IMG/VR virus record: IMGVR_UViG_3300048997_000353
Span: 44,442 to 108,441 of that record
DNA from: a virus
Reading direction: 5' to 3' (one strand)
Length of the DNA stretch: 64,000 nt
Below are positions 17,504 through 25,197 of this stretch, piece after piece. Within the stretch, counting starts at the first letter, position 1. Each line of letters starts with the position of its first letter. The notes below the pieces were generated by a model. That model was not told the origin of the DNA. It made no database searches and saw nothing but the letters and a program-made list of their open reading frames with translations. A program made the translations under genes and the position numbers.

Positions 17504-18305
17504 TGGTTCTCCTTTTGCCATTCGTTTGGGCGGGTGGTTTATCTTCCCATTGATGGCCGTTCAAAAAAGTGGTGGGATGTGGAATGAATTGGAGTGTGCC
17601 GTCCGCGATGCTACTCGACCATTGCTCGGTCTGGCACCAGAGCTCGACCGCTTCGACCACCTCGGGCCAGCGGTCGTCGGCCTTTACCTGGGACAGCCAG
17701 GCCTTGAGTGCCCGGCCCCGGTGGACCTTCCTCGGGTAGCTGTGCCAGAAGATCGAGAACCCTGGCAAGTCAGGCTCGTTTCGGACACTTCTGTCGCCCG
17801 GGTTTTGGGCAATGGTTTTAGATTCTAATTCTTCATTCTTACTTCTTAATTCTAGAATAGGTGCGTCCTCAGTACAGTCCACAGTGCGTCCTCCATGCGT
17901 CCTCAGTGTCACGTCAGTACCGTCCTCAGTACACGGCTCATAAATTGGGTACTGCCATGACGTTGAAGCATCAGCATTTAGGCGTTGTCCGATGAGTGCG
18001 CCGAATTCCGGTTCATACTTGTTGACCAAACACCTGTAGTTCCCCCTACATCCCGGTGTCCTAAACCTTTTTATGTACGCTTTTTGTTCGATACTCTCAA
18101 GGCTCCTCTGGATGTCCCGGAGGGTCGTTCCTCGGGGTGCCGAGGCCAAAAGCTTACCGGCCGAACCGGTCCAAATCCCGGTCTTGAAGTCGGCCTGCAG
18201 GTGGATCACGGTGTACACACCCAGGTCAAAAAAACCCATCTCCCCCTCTTCTAAATGCTGTTGGATACCGCGGCGGATTTTAATGAAACCCCTGGGGTGT
18301 GCCAA
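17409..18305 (-). CDS. Phage replication initiator protein
   Basis: GFIKIRR N-terminus; FSIFWHSYPRK...FIPHPTTFLNGHQWED C-terminal domain; internal DNA repeats. Confidence 0.8.
   Translation of the reverse strand: MAHPRGFIKIRRGIQQHLEEGEMGFFDLGVYTVIHLQADFKTGIWTGSAGKLLASAPRGTTLRDIQRSLESIEQKAYIKRFRTPGCRGNYRCLVNKYEPEFGALIGQRLNADASTSWQYPIYEPCTEDGTDVTLRTHGGRTVDCTEDAPILELRSKNEELESKTIAQNPGDRSVRNEPDLPGFSIFWHSYPRKVHRGRALKAWLSQVKADDRWPEVVEAVELWCQTEQWSSSIADGTLQFIPHPTTFLNGHQWEDKPPAQTNGKRRTNGRPDADEVLRQNLENSGLNSDGTLKDRNAH
17815..17932. repeat. Putative replication origin (iterons plus AT-rich tract) inside the initiator gene
   Basis: Four copies of a CGTCCTC core, most extending to (GTG)CGTCCTCAGT, at 17861, 17884, 17896 and 17921, next to an AT-rich stretch at 17815-17860. 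Confidence 0.6.
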
Positions 18306-18400
18306 ACGAACGCCCTCCCTTAAAGAGCGAGGCGAGAAAGGCCGGTGTTAAGGGCACCGGCCTGGGGCTCGCTTTGAAACCTGACATGGAACCGGACTGA

Positions 18401-18429
18401 ACGATAACTGCGGCAGGGGAACAGGTCAA
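18401..18429 (-). promoter_or_regulatory. Possible sigma70 promoter for the replication genes
   Basis: TTGACC-17 nt-TATCGT. Confidence 0.4.
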
Positions 18430-18522
18430 GTATGCATTGTTGACCAGATGGACAAACTCACAACATTCTGCGGATTTCCTGTGAGTTTGCCCTGTGGAAA
18501 TACTGTGAATGTGTGAATTAAC

Positions 18523-18960
18523 TCAAACAGAACCAGTTGACAAGCCTTCTTTGGCATTCGCCGAACCCTTACTTAACAGAGACGCTAGATCGTTTCTGTC
18601 GCGGTCGGCGATTTCTTTTTCGATCAATCGCTGAAAAATCGCCTCTGCTTCCGGGTGCAGTTCGAGCCAGGCAATATTTTCTTGCAATTGCTGGCCCTTG
18701 AGCTGGACCGCGCGCAATTCGTCATTCATCCGCTTCTGGATCTCGACGATTTGATCCTTCACGACATCCAGTTCCTGTTTCTGCTTTCCCAGAAATGTAA
18801 CGGGAACTTTTGCCGTGAACGCGCCAGGCCAATTGCCAGAAGGCTGCGGCAGTCCGCGTCCTTCCGAAATACCGCCATCGGGCAACGGTTGTTTCTGTGT
18901 TGGTTTAACCACTGGTTTGATCCTCCATGTGTGAATGTGAAATAAATCAAGAATGCTCAT
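18523..18960 (-). CDS. Coiled-coil hypothetical protein
   Basis: ORF track; heptad-like segment. Confidence 0.6.
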   Translation of the reverse strand: MSILDLFHIHTWRIKPVVKPTQKQPLPDGGISEGRGLPQPSGNWPGAFTAKVPVTFLGKQKQELDVVKDQIVEIQKRMNDELRAVQLKGQQLQENIAWLELHPEAEAIFQRLIEKEIADRDRNDLASLLSKGSANAKEGLSTGSV

Positions 18961-19654
18961 AGCACGATCCCGGTTTCCCTTTTGGGCGGCTCGGGAATGA
19001 CAGGTTTGCGATCCACGGCGTCGGCCAGCTCGCGCAGAAGTTGCGAGAAGCCAGTCGTGCGATCGTGTTCATACACCTTGCCCGACCACACCACTTTATC
19101 GCTGATAAACACCGTGGCTTCGTAATCGGAAATGTTACTGGCGAGGGGCTGCTCGGAAAGATTCCGAACTCGGATGGTCATCATTGAATGATCTCGCGCG
19201 CGTGGTGCAACCGCCGAAACACATTGCCCGCCGCGACCCATCCGTAGGCCATGCCAGTGTCCCTTGTCAGGATCAGGACTGGCGTGAAGCAGTTCGAACA
19301 TCCAAGAACCAATGCGTGACGGCCCTGCTGCTGTTGCCTGTAAACGTCAATCGCTTCCTCGATCGTCAGTCCGTACTTCCGGACGATGATCAGAGGTCCC
19401 GGCAGTTTTTGTTGGTTGTTCAAGTCGGGGCGCCCTATCGAAAATTTCCACGCTGATCAGGTCTGGCCTCAGTACATCGACGCCTTGACGCTCGCAACGC
19501 GGATTCGTGCAGCGGATCAAAGTTAAAATCCGCGGTGATCGTTCGAGTTTATTACCACACAAAAGACAGTAGAAATTCCTGCCTTCCGTGATGAGCATGC
19601 GCGCTTCGGTGCCGTGTGATTCTAGGCCCATGGGCGCGATCACGATAACACGGA

Positions 19655-20107
19655 TTACAATTTTGGTTTCAGAAATCCCCAGCACCAGTTGCCAACTTTG
19701 TAAATCTTCCGAATGCCTTCGCGCTCACTGAACAGTAACGGGTGAACGGCGGCTAGATCAGGCAGAACTGTCGCCGCGTCCGCCACGCGCAAGGGATGCT
19801 GGAATCTCTTCGCGTGGATGCCATACCCGTAAATCCGAAACCACCACAGCCCAGGCTCGCGATAGCCAGAGAATGGCCGGCGCAAGTTCCTGTCGAGATC
19901 CGCGCGGAGCTTGCCCTGTTCGATGTTGGCGAATAGCGGGACCGCTTTCGGTGGACCCTCATCATGAAGCGGGCAATTGACCAGGTCGTGTTCCTGGCAA
20001 TAGGAATTTAGAGACGCCCACAGTGGACCGTGGTTGCAGAGTGTCCACTGTTCCGCGTCGTCATACAGCCGGTTGCAAACGGAACATGTGACGATCATTC
20101 TTCCCAT
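19655..20107 (-). CDS. Cys/His Zn-binding hypothetical protein
   Basis: CSVC...CNH...CQEH...CPLH; GGAGG RBS. Confidence 0.6.
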   Translation of the reverse strand: MGRMIVTCSVCNRLYDDAEQWTLCNHGPLWASLNSYCQEHDLVNCPLHDEGPPKAVPLFANIEQGKLRADLDRNLRRPFSGYREPGLWWFRIYGYGIHAKRFQHPLRVADAATVLPDLAAVHPLLFSEREGIRKIYKVGNWCWGFLKPKL

Positions 20108-20567
20108 TCCTCCAATTTTAATTCCATAGGTTCAGGAACACGAACACCCAATGTAACCGTAAGGCGCAAAATCACCCTGCGGAGAATGGCGTGCCCTGTA
20201 CTCCACTGGAAATTGTTTGTCCTCAGCAGGAACGAGCCCGTATGTGTTACCCAGAGAATCAGTCACGAACAAAACGGGATGATTCAACTTCACGCGGATC
20301 TGGTTGTCGACCGTGACCGCGTAAGGCAATGAAATCGAATAACACGTAGCATCCGTGGTTGTTACGTGCCATGTCATCCACTGTTTCAAGTTCATGTTTG
20401 CAGACTCCGTCCGACGGCCGCGATGACCTGTTTTTGAAGCATAGCCGTCAGTTCCGGGATGGGCACAAAAACGCCACTGCACGAATCTATTTTTGGCTCT
20501 GGCATAAATTTTGCGGCCAGTGCGCCGCTGAATATGCCAGCGAGGCGCGCGAACAAGGCCCGCCGGT

Positions 20568-20786
20568 TCATGTGGGCTCCTTTACGTCGGACTTGGGTTT
20601 CCCCTTCACGGCTTGCGGCCGCTCAATGAGATCGGCCAGGATGCCGATCGCTTCGAGGACGCGCAGTTGGCCGCGAACCATGTCGACCTGCAGATCCCGG
20701 TCATGCGTGCGCGGCATTGAGGAATTTTCCAACTTCGAGACTGTCTGCTGCTGTTGCTCGATCAGTTCTTGGATTGTTTCTGCCAT
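20568..20786 (-). CDS. Hypothetical protein immediately downstream of array A
   Basis: AAGGAG RBS before ATG 20786. Confidence 0.7.
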   Translation of the reverse strand: MAETIQELIEQQQQTVSKLENSSMPRTHDRDLQVDMVRGQLRVLEAIGILADLIERPQAVKGKPKSDVKEPT

Positions 20787-20815
20787 TTCTTAGAGCTCCT
20801 TTTTAGATTTGTACT

Positions 20816-21558
20816 GCCGCTAGCTTCAGTCCTGGTTTCGTCGTGTAATATCTAGTGATGCCGCCTCGTGCAGTCACGTGAAGTGTGGTGATGCCGCTGC
20901 ATCCTGTTTTGCCTGACTCAGTTTCGCCGTTAGATGGTGCCGACCGGCTCCGCTTTGTCGTGCCGCTAAGTCGAGTCCGAAATTGTCTCGTCATGTCATG
21001 CCGCTACATTTCGTTTCGTCCGGTTTGCAAATTGCCGCCCCCGCGATGCTGCGTGATGCGATGTCCTGTCAAGCCGCTCGGTCTGGCGGTGCGAAGTGGA
21101 ATCGAGTAACGCCGCTCTGTCCGGTCAGGTATGGTTCAGTGGGGTAAAGCCGTTTCGTTAAGTTTTGTCCTGTCACGAAATGTCCTATCAGGCCGCTGTG
21201 TTCAGTTCTGTTCTGTGGTGTCGCATACGGCCGCTGCATCGAATTTTGTAAGATTTAATCTGGCGTTGCCGCTCCGTGGGATCCAGTAGTATCAAGTAAA
21301 GTCTGGTCAAGCCGCTGTGTATTTGTCATGTCACGTCCAGTCGGGCCGCTCGGTCAAGTTGTGCCGTGTGCGGTCTAGCCCGGCCGCTCCGTGGAGTTCA
21401 GTTTCGTTCAATTGCGTCCTGCCGCTACGTGACGTAAAGTTCGGTGAAGTGGTGCCGCTGAGTCACGCTTGGTGAAGCGGTGCCGCTCCGTGGTGTCATG
21501 CCGCGCCTGGTTGAGCAATGCCGCTATGTGGTGTGGCGTGATGTTAAGTGACGCCGCT
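20816..21558 (-). repeat. Pentamer-periodic array A: 21 anchors, 20 unique units
   Basis: GCCGCT-type anchors (+ strand) at 20816, 20860, 20893, 20926, 20962, 21000, 21034, 21073, 21111, 21149, 21192, 21230, 21268, 21311, 21345, 21383, 21421, 21454, 21482, 21520, 21553. Example unit: GCCGCT CT GTC CG GTC AG GTA TG GTT CA GTG GG GTA AA. Strand inferred from flanking genes. Confidence 0.95.
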
Positions 21559-21577
21559 CGGTTTTTGGAAAATGAAT

Positions 21578-21742
21578 GGGAACCGCTGAACATTGGAGTA
21601 ACAGTCCAACTCTTTGCGGTTCCCCTTGAAACGGCCACGGCTCCGAGGCTAATCGCGGGTTGATCGTAAGCAGTTACGATGCTTCGTATCCCTATCGCCG
21701 TCCTCCGCCTATAGCTCCACTTGGTCACTAGGGCCGTTTCAA
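21578..21742 (-). ncRNA. Structured leader upstream of array A
   Basis: Stems GGGAACCGC/GCGGTTCCC (21578-21624) and TTGAAACGGCC/GGCCGTTTCAA (21626-21742) enclosing ATCGTAA/TTACGAT. Confidence 0.55.
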
Positions 21743-21930
21743 TTACCAATCTTGGCGCGGACAAAGCAGTCTTTTGCCTCAAGCAGTTTGCGGAGTCCAG
21801 CCGATTTCTCAGGCCCATCAGGAAGTTGCGCGTCCATCGAGCAGGCGAGCGCGAATACATCTCCGCTCACGCCCCTTAGGTGCTCTGGTAAGTGTGCGAA
21901 GTCGAAATATTTCATAATCGGTGATGGCAC
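21739..21930 (-). CDS. Small helical-hairpin phage protein, 63 aa (possibly Acb2/Tad1-like)
   Basis: GGAGG RBS plus GTG 21930; KYFDFAHLP...LPDGPEKSAGLRKLLEAKDCFVRA. Confidence 0.75.
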   Translation of the reverse strand: MPSPIMKYFDFAHLPEHLRGVSGDVFALACSMDAQLPDGPEKSAGLRKLLEAKDCFVRAKIGN

Positions 21931-21998
21931 AGTGTTCCTCCATTTCGAGTTGCGATTATAAGGGGCCGGATTCGGCGCTCCGGCCTGCGCTTCGTGAT

Positions 21999-22814
21999 TT
22001 AAGCCGTCGCCGCCTTGGCTGTTTCCGCGCCGTTCGCCTTGGCTGGTGCCTCGATCACTGGCTTCTCCCGCTTCTTCTGCCGGTCGCCCATCTCGATCTC
22101 GGCTTCGTCGACCCGGAAGCGGCCGCGGCCCAGCGATCGGCAACTGCCCAAACCGCACATCATAATCATCGCAGTGACGTCGGTAAGATCAACCTCCTTC
22201 ACGTTGGTGGTCAAGAATCGGAAGTTGAACGAAAATCTCGAGCCCGACGCCACACACTCGGAATGCTGGTAAATGCTCTTGGGTCCCTTCGGCGTATTCA
22301 CCGAACCCATGAACGCACTCCAATAAGTTTTGGCCGGGCCTGTCATGTCCTCGTTCAGCATGTACACCTTGTCCGGGGAATCAGCGTCGAGCAAACTAAA
22401 TCCATCGGCCAAGACGCGCGCTGCTTCCGAGAAATCACCCTTCGTTCCCCGCAGATCGGAAAATATTTTGAGACGCGATGCGGCCTGCTTTATGCAGGCC
22501 TGCACCATCCAGTTGCCGATATACGCTCCGCGCTCCGTGCGCCGGAGAGCGTTGACTCCATACACTTGCTCGGGCTGCAATTCCCCGGTTTCGCTCGGAA
22601 GTTCCTCCTGCCCAACCTCTTCGTGAAGGATTCTCTGGACAGCCTTCTCGGCATCATCGCCGGTCAGTTCCAAATGATGCTCCACGAACGCGCGAACACC
22701 ACGTTCATCCGCTGGTTGCCCGCCCACAAACTCGGTTACGAAAGTGGCTTGCACTTTCACAACTCCCGTTAGTTTCTGGTAAATCGCTTCTAGGTCTTTT
22801 GCGTTGAATTTCAT
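21999..22814 (-). CDS. Stand-alone Cas7-like RAMP protein, 271 aa
   Basis: AAAGGAG RBS plus ATG 22814; N-terminal beta strand with FVGG; central YIGNWMVQACIKQAA (equivalent to the RAMP IPGSSLKG-helix); SECVASGSRFSFNF; C-terminal Gly-rich loop GLGSCRSLGRGRF. Confidence 0.8.
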   Translation of the reverse strand: MKFNAKDLEAIYQKLTGVVKVQATFVTEFVGGQPADERGVRAFVEHHLELTGDDAEKAVQRILHEEVGQEELPSETGELQPEQVYGVNALRRTERGAYIGNWMVQACIKQAASRLKIFSDLRGTKGDFSEAARVLADGFSLLDADSPDKVYMLNEDMTGPAKTYWSAFMGSVNTPKGPKSIYQHSECVASGSRFSFNFRFLTTNVKEVDLTDVTAMIMMCGLGSCRSLGRGRFRVDEAEIEMGDRQKKREKPVIEAPAKANGAETAKAATA

Positions 22815-22870
22815 TTTCTGTTCTCCTTTGTGATCTGCGAACGAATCGATCATTGCTCGCTAGATTTCGT

Positions 22871-23621
22871 GCCGAAAAGTTTCGTTTTGCCGCTATGTGG
22901 TGTCCAGTAGCGTGTGGTCATGCCAAGTACAGTAGCGCCGCTCTGTGCGGTCGAGTAACTGTCGAATTGGGTCCGGTCTTGTCGTGCCGCTCTGTGACGT
23001 ATAGTAAAGTCTTGTCTTGTCCCGCCGCTCTGAACGGTTGAATGGAGTTGGGTGCCGCCGCTGGGTCGCATCGTGTAATGTTCTGTCATGCTTCGCGACG
23101 CCGCTGGATACTGCGATGTCGAGTGTAGTCGAGCCGTTGCGTGGAATATGGTGAAGTGGCGTACTGCCGCAGTAGTGCCACGCGCTGTCCAATGCGGAAT
23201 TGCCGCTCGGTCGAGTCCGGTGCAGTAGGGTCTTGTGGTATGGAGCCGCTGCGTAGAATCGAGTCCTGTGACATCATGGGTTGCCGTTTTATTCTGCTCG
23301 GTTTGGTCGAAGTCAAGTTTGCCGCTCCGTCATGCCGCTCTGTCGTGTCGAGTTCAATGGTGTGCGGTCGTGTAAAGTCCTGCCGCTCCGTGCTGCCAGG
23401 TTGTGTCGTGTGAGATGGGGTATAGCCGCTCTGTTGCATAGAGTTATGTTGTGTCCAGCCGCTCAGTCTTGTCGTGTCTGGGCATGTGGAGTTTGGCCGC
23501 TGTGTAAAGCTCAGTTCGAGTGCGCTTTGCCGCCTGCGTGATGCCGTGCGCGATGGTGTAATGCCGCTGAATCGGGTGCCAACTTGTGAAGTGCTGTCAA
23601 ATGGCATCTTGTCGAGCCGCT
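22871..23621 (-). repeat. Pentamer-periodic array B: 20 anchors plus one degenerate, 19 units
   Basis: Anchors at 22889, 22937, 22986, 23024, 23057, 23100, 23133, 23166, 23202, 23245, 23283, 23321, 23334, 23382, 23425, 23458, 23496, 23529, 23563, 23616, and degenerate GCCGAA at 22871. Example: GCCGCT CT GTG AC GTA TA GTA AA GTC TT GTC TT GTC CC. Confidence 0.95.
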
Positions 23622-23624
23622 AGA

Positions 23625-23957
23625 TTATTTCTTTCCGGTTGGAGTTCCGCAGTTCGAACAGAACTTCGCACCTGCGATTTGCGTGTTACAGGTTCCGCAG
23701 ATCAAGTCCTCCGGTGCAGGCCCCGAAATGAGACGGATCTCCTTCTCGGGCCGCTTACCGCGGTTTAATCGTTGGTTTTGAATCATCAAATCGCCAATTT
23801 TGCAAAATATTTTGGCATTGCCTTGTTTGATGCGCGCGACAGCTTCCGTCATGGAGCCATCGTCGATCCCTTCTCCGATCTGGTTGACCAGGGCCACAAC
23901 ATCCCCTAGATTTTCAACCTTGATTGTCTTTCTTGCCGCCGGCGGTTGGTCGGTCAT
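23625..23957 (-). CDS. Protein with a C-terminal zinc ribbon, 110 aa, between arrays B and C
   Basis: AAAGGAG RBS; CGTC...AKFCSNCG. Confidence 0.8.
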   Translation of the reverse strand: MTDQPPAARKTIKVENLGDVVALVNQIGEGIDDGSMTEAVARIKQGNAKIFCKIGDLMIQNQRLNRGKRPEKEIRLISGPAPEDLICGTCNTQIAGAKFCSNCGTPTGKK

Positions 23958-24016
23958 CTTTTCTCCTTTAAGAGTTTAGTTCTCTCGCATTTTTGGGCTT
24001 CGTTTTGTTTTGTGTT

Positions 24017-24540
24017 GCCGCTTTATCGAGTAGAGTCACGTACAGTGCTGTCGAGTAACGCCGCTGTGTCGCGTACCGTCGAGTCAGGTGACGGCCAGTA
24101 GCGCCGCTGAGTAAAGTCGAGTCGGATCGGGTCCCGTATTGCCGTTCCGTAAGGTCACGTTGGGTTGAGCCGCTGGGTAAAGTCCAGTCTTATCCCGTCG
24201 AGTCGCGGAGAATACTGCCGGGTCATGTGGCGCCGCTGCGTTGTGTAAGGTCAAGGATTGTCGGGTCGAGTGGGGAAAGGCCGCTCGGTGGTATAAAGTT
24301 GCGTGCAGTCGGAGCATGCCGCTGCGCAGAGCTGTGTGAGGGAATGTGGCAAATTGCCGTTCGGTGTGGATAGGTTTCGTCATGTCATGCCGCATTATCA
24401 AGTGGAGTCTGGTGGGATCGGGCCGCTTGTCTTGTTGAGTGCGGTGTCGGAGGGTCATGCCGCTATATTGAATTGGGTCGGGTCGGAGCATGGAAAGTGG
24501 GGCCGCTACGACTTGTGACGTTCTGGTTGGTATCGCCGCT
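24017..24540 (-). repeat. Pentamer-periodic array C: 14 anchors, 13 units, with partial units at both ends
   Basis: Anchors at 24017, 24060, 24103, 24141, 24169, 24232, 24280, 24318, 24356, 24389, 24422, 24459, 24502, 24535. Example: GCCGCT TT ATC GA GTA GA GTC AC GTA CA GTG CT GTC GA GTA AC. Confidence 0.95.
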
Positions 24541-24561
24541 TGGTAAAGGTTATGTGTTGAC

Positions 24562-24730
24562 TGACCTGTTACAAGGACACCCGCAAGGATTGGCGTGTGC
24601 CGACGCCTACGTTTTATGCCCCACTCCTGCGTTAATTCGCGACCTTGGCTAGTGTCAGTCGCTCTTACGAGCGGGTTTTCCCCAGCGGCAACCTGTGGAG
24701 CCTCCCTGTGGGTGCCCATGTAACAGGTCA
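24562..24730 (-). ncRNA. Multibranched structured RNA leader upstream of array C
   Basis: Perfect 12-bp closing stem TGACCTGTTACA/TGTAACAGGTCA, a further ~15-bp stem with G-U pairs on the minus strand, and internal hairpins such as CGCTC-GTAA-GAGCG. Confidence 0.65.
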
Positions 24731-24739
24731 ATCGTGTGT

Positions 24740-24880
24740 TCATATTTTCTTCTTCTTGGCTGCTGACTTAACAATGGACTCCAGGGTTTCGTACTGCCGC
24801 TTGCCCGCCATGGCGGCGAGAATCCGCAACAGCCGAAGCGTTTCTGGTGTGACTTTGGTGCTTACCAGAGGTTCCCGCAT
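24740..24880 (-). CDS. Ribbon-helix-helix-like regulator, 46 aa
   Basis: Below the ORF-track cutoff; MREPLVSTKVTPETLRLLRILAAMAGKRQYETLESIVKSAAKKKKI; AAGGAA RBS. Confidence 0.65.
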   Translation of the reverse strand: MREPLVSTKVTPETLRLLRILAAMAGKRQYETLESIVKSAAKKKKI

Positions 24881-25066
24881 TTATTTCCTTGGCGCGCGTG
24901 CCAAACCAATTTTGCGCTGGAGTGAACTAATATGAGATTGCGAGCAATCTAGAACGCTTGCAATCTCGGCCTGGGTAAATCCTTTGCGGCACAGTTCCCG
25001 CACTCGCTTATGAGTCACTGCAACCCTCCTGAGTTGTTCACTGTGGCTGTAGTAGGTTTTCCACAT
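24881..25066 (-). CDS. HTH DNA-binding protein
   Basis: KGFTQAEIASVLDCSQSHISSL; GGAG RBS. Confidence 0.75.
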   Translation of the reverse strand: MWKTYYSHSEQLRRVAVTHKRVRELCRKGFTQAEIASVLDCSQSHISSLQRKIGLARAPRK

Positions 25067-25133
25067 CTCCAAAATAACTAAGAGATTGTGCTGTAACCTT
25101 GTCACTTTTCGTTCGAGGGTCATGGAGGCAAGT

Positions 25134-25172
25134 GTTATACGCCTAGACGTAAAAAGAGTCAAATGCTATTAT
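25134..25172. promoter_or_regulatory. Overlapping divergent sigma70 promoters; the leftward one faces the RAMP/array locus
   Basis: Minus strand: TTGACT(25162-25157)-17-TATAAC(25139-25134). Plus strand: TAGACG(25144)-17-TATTAT(25167). Confidence 0.7.
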
Positions 25173-25197
25173 TCGCGCTCACACGGAGGACCGATTC

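Noticed and set aside
20816-24540. Canonical CRISPR array
   Set aside because: The repeat is only 6 nt and non-palindromic, the spacers have an internal constant pattern, and no cas1/cas2 is in the window.
20816-24540. TIGR-Tas array or simple microsatellite
   Set aside because: There are no box C/D-like motifs and no Nop-domain protein; the neighbour is a RAMP. Pentamers are heterogeneous rather than homogenised copies.
20803-24743. ORF-track proteins overlapping the arrays (20803-20994, 20885-21109, 21408-21860, 22850-23089, 22893-23192, 23086-23607, 23141-23413, 24084-24743)
   Set aside because: Their Thr/Arg/His/Asp- or Val/Cys/Ser-rich composition is what a period-5 AC/GT pattern produces in any frame. 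They lack an RBS, and conservation follows 5-nt rather than 3-nt phase.
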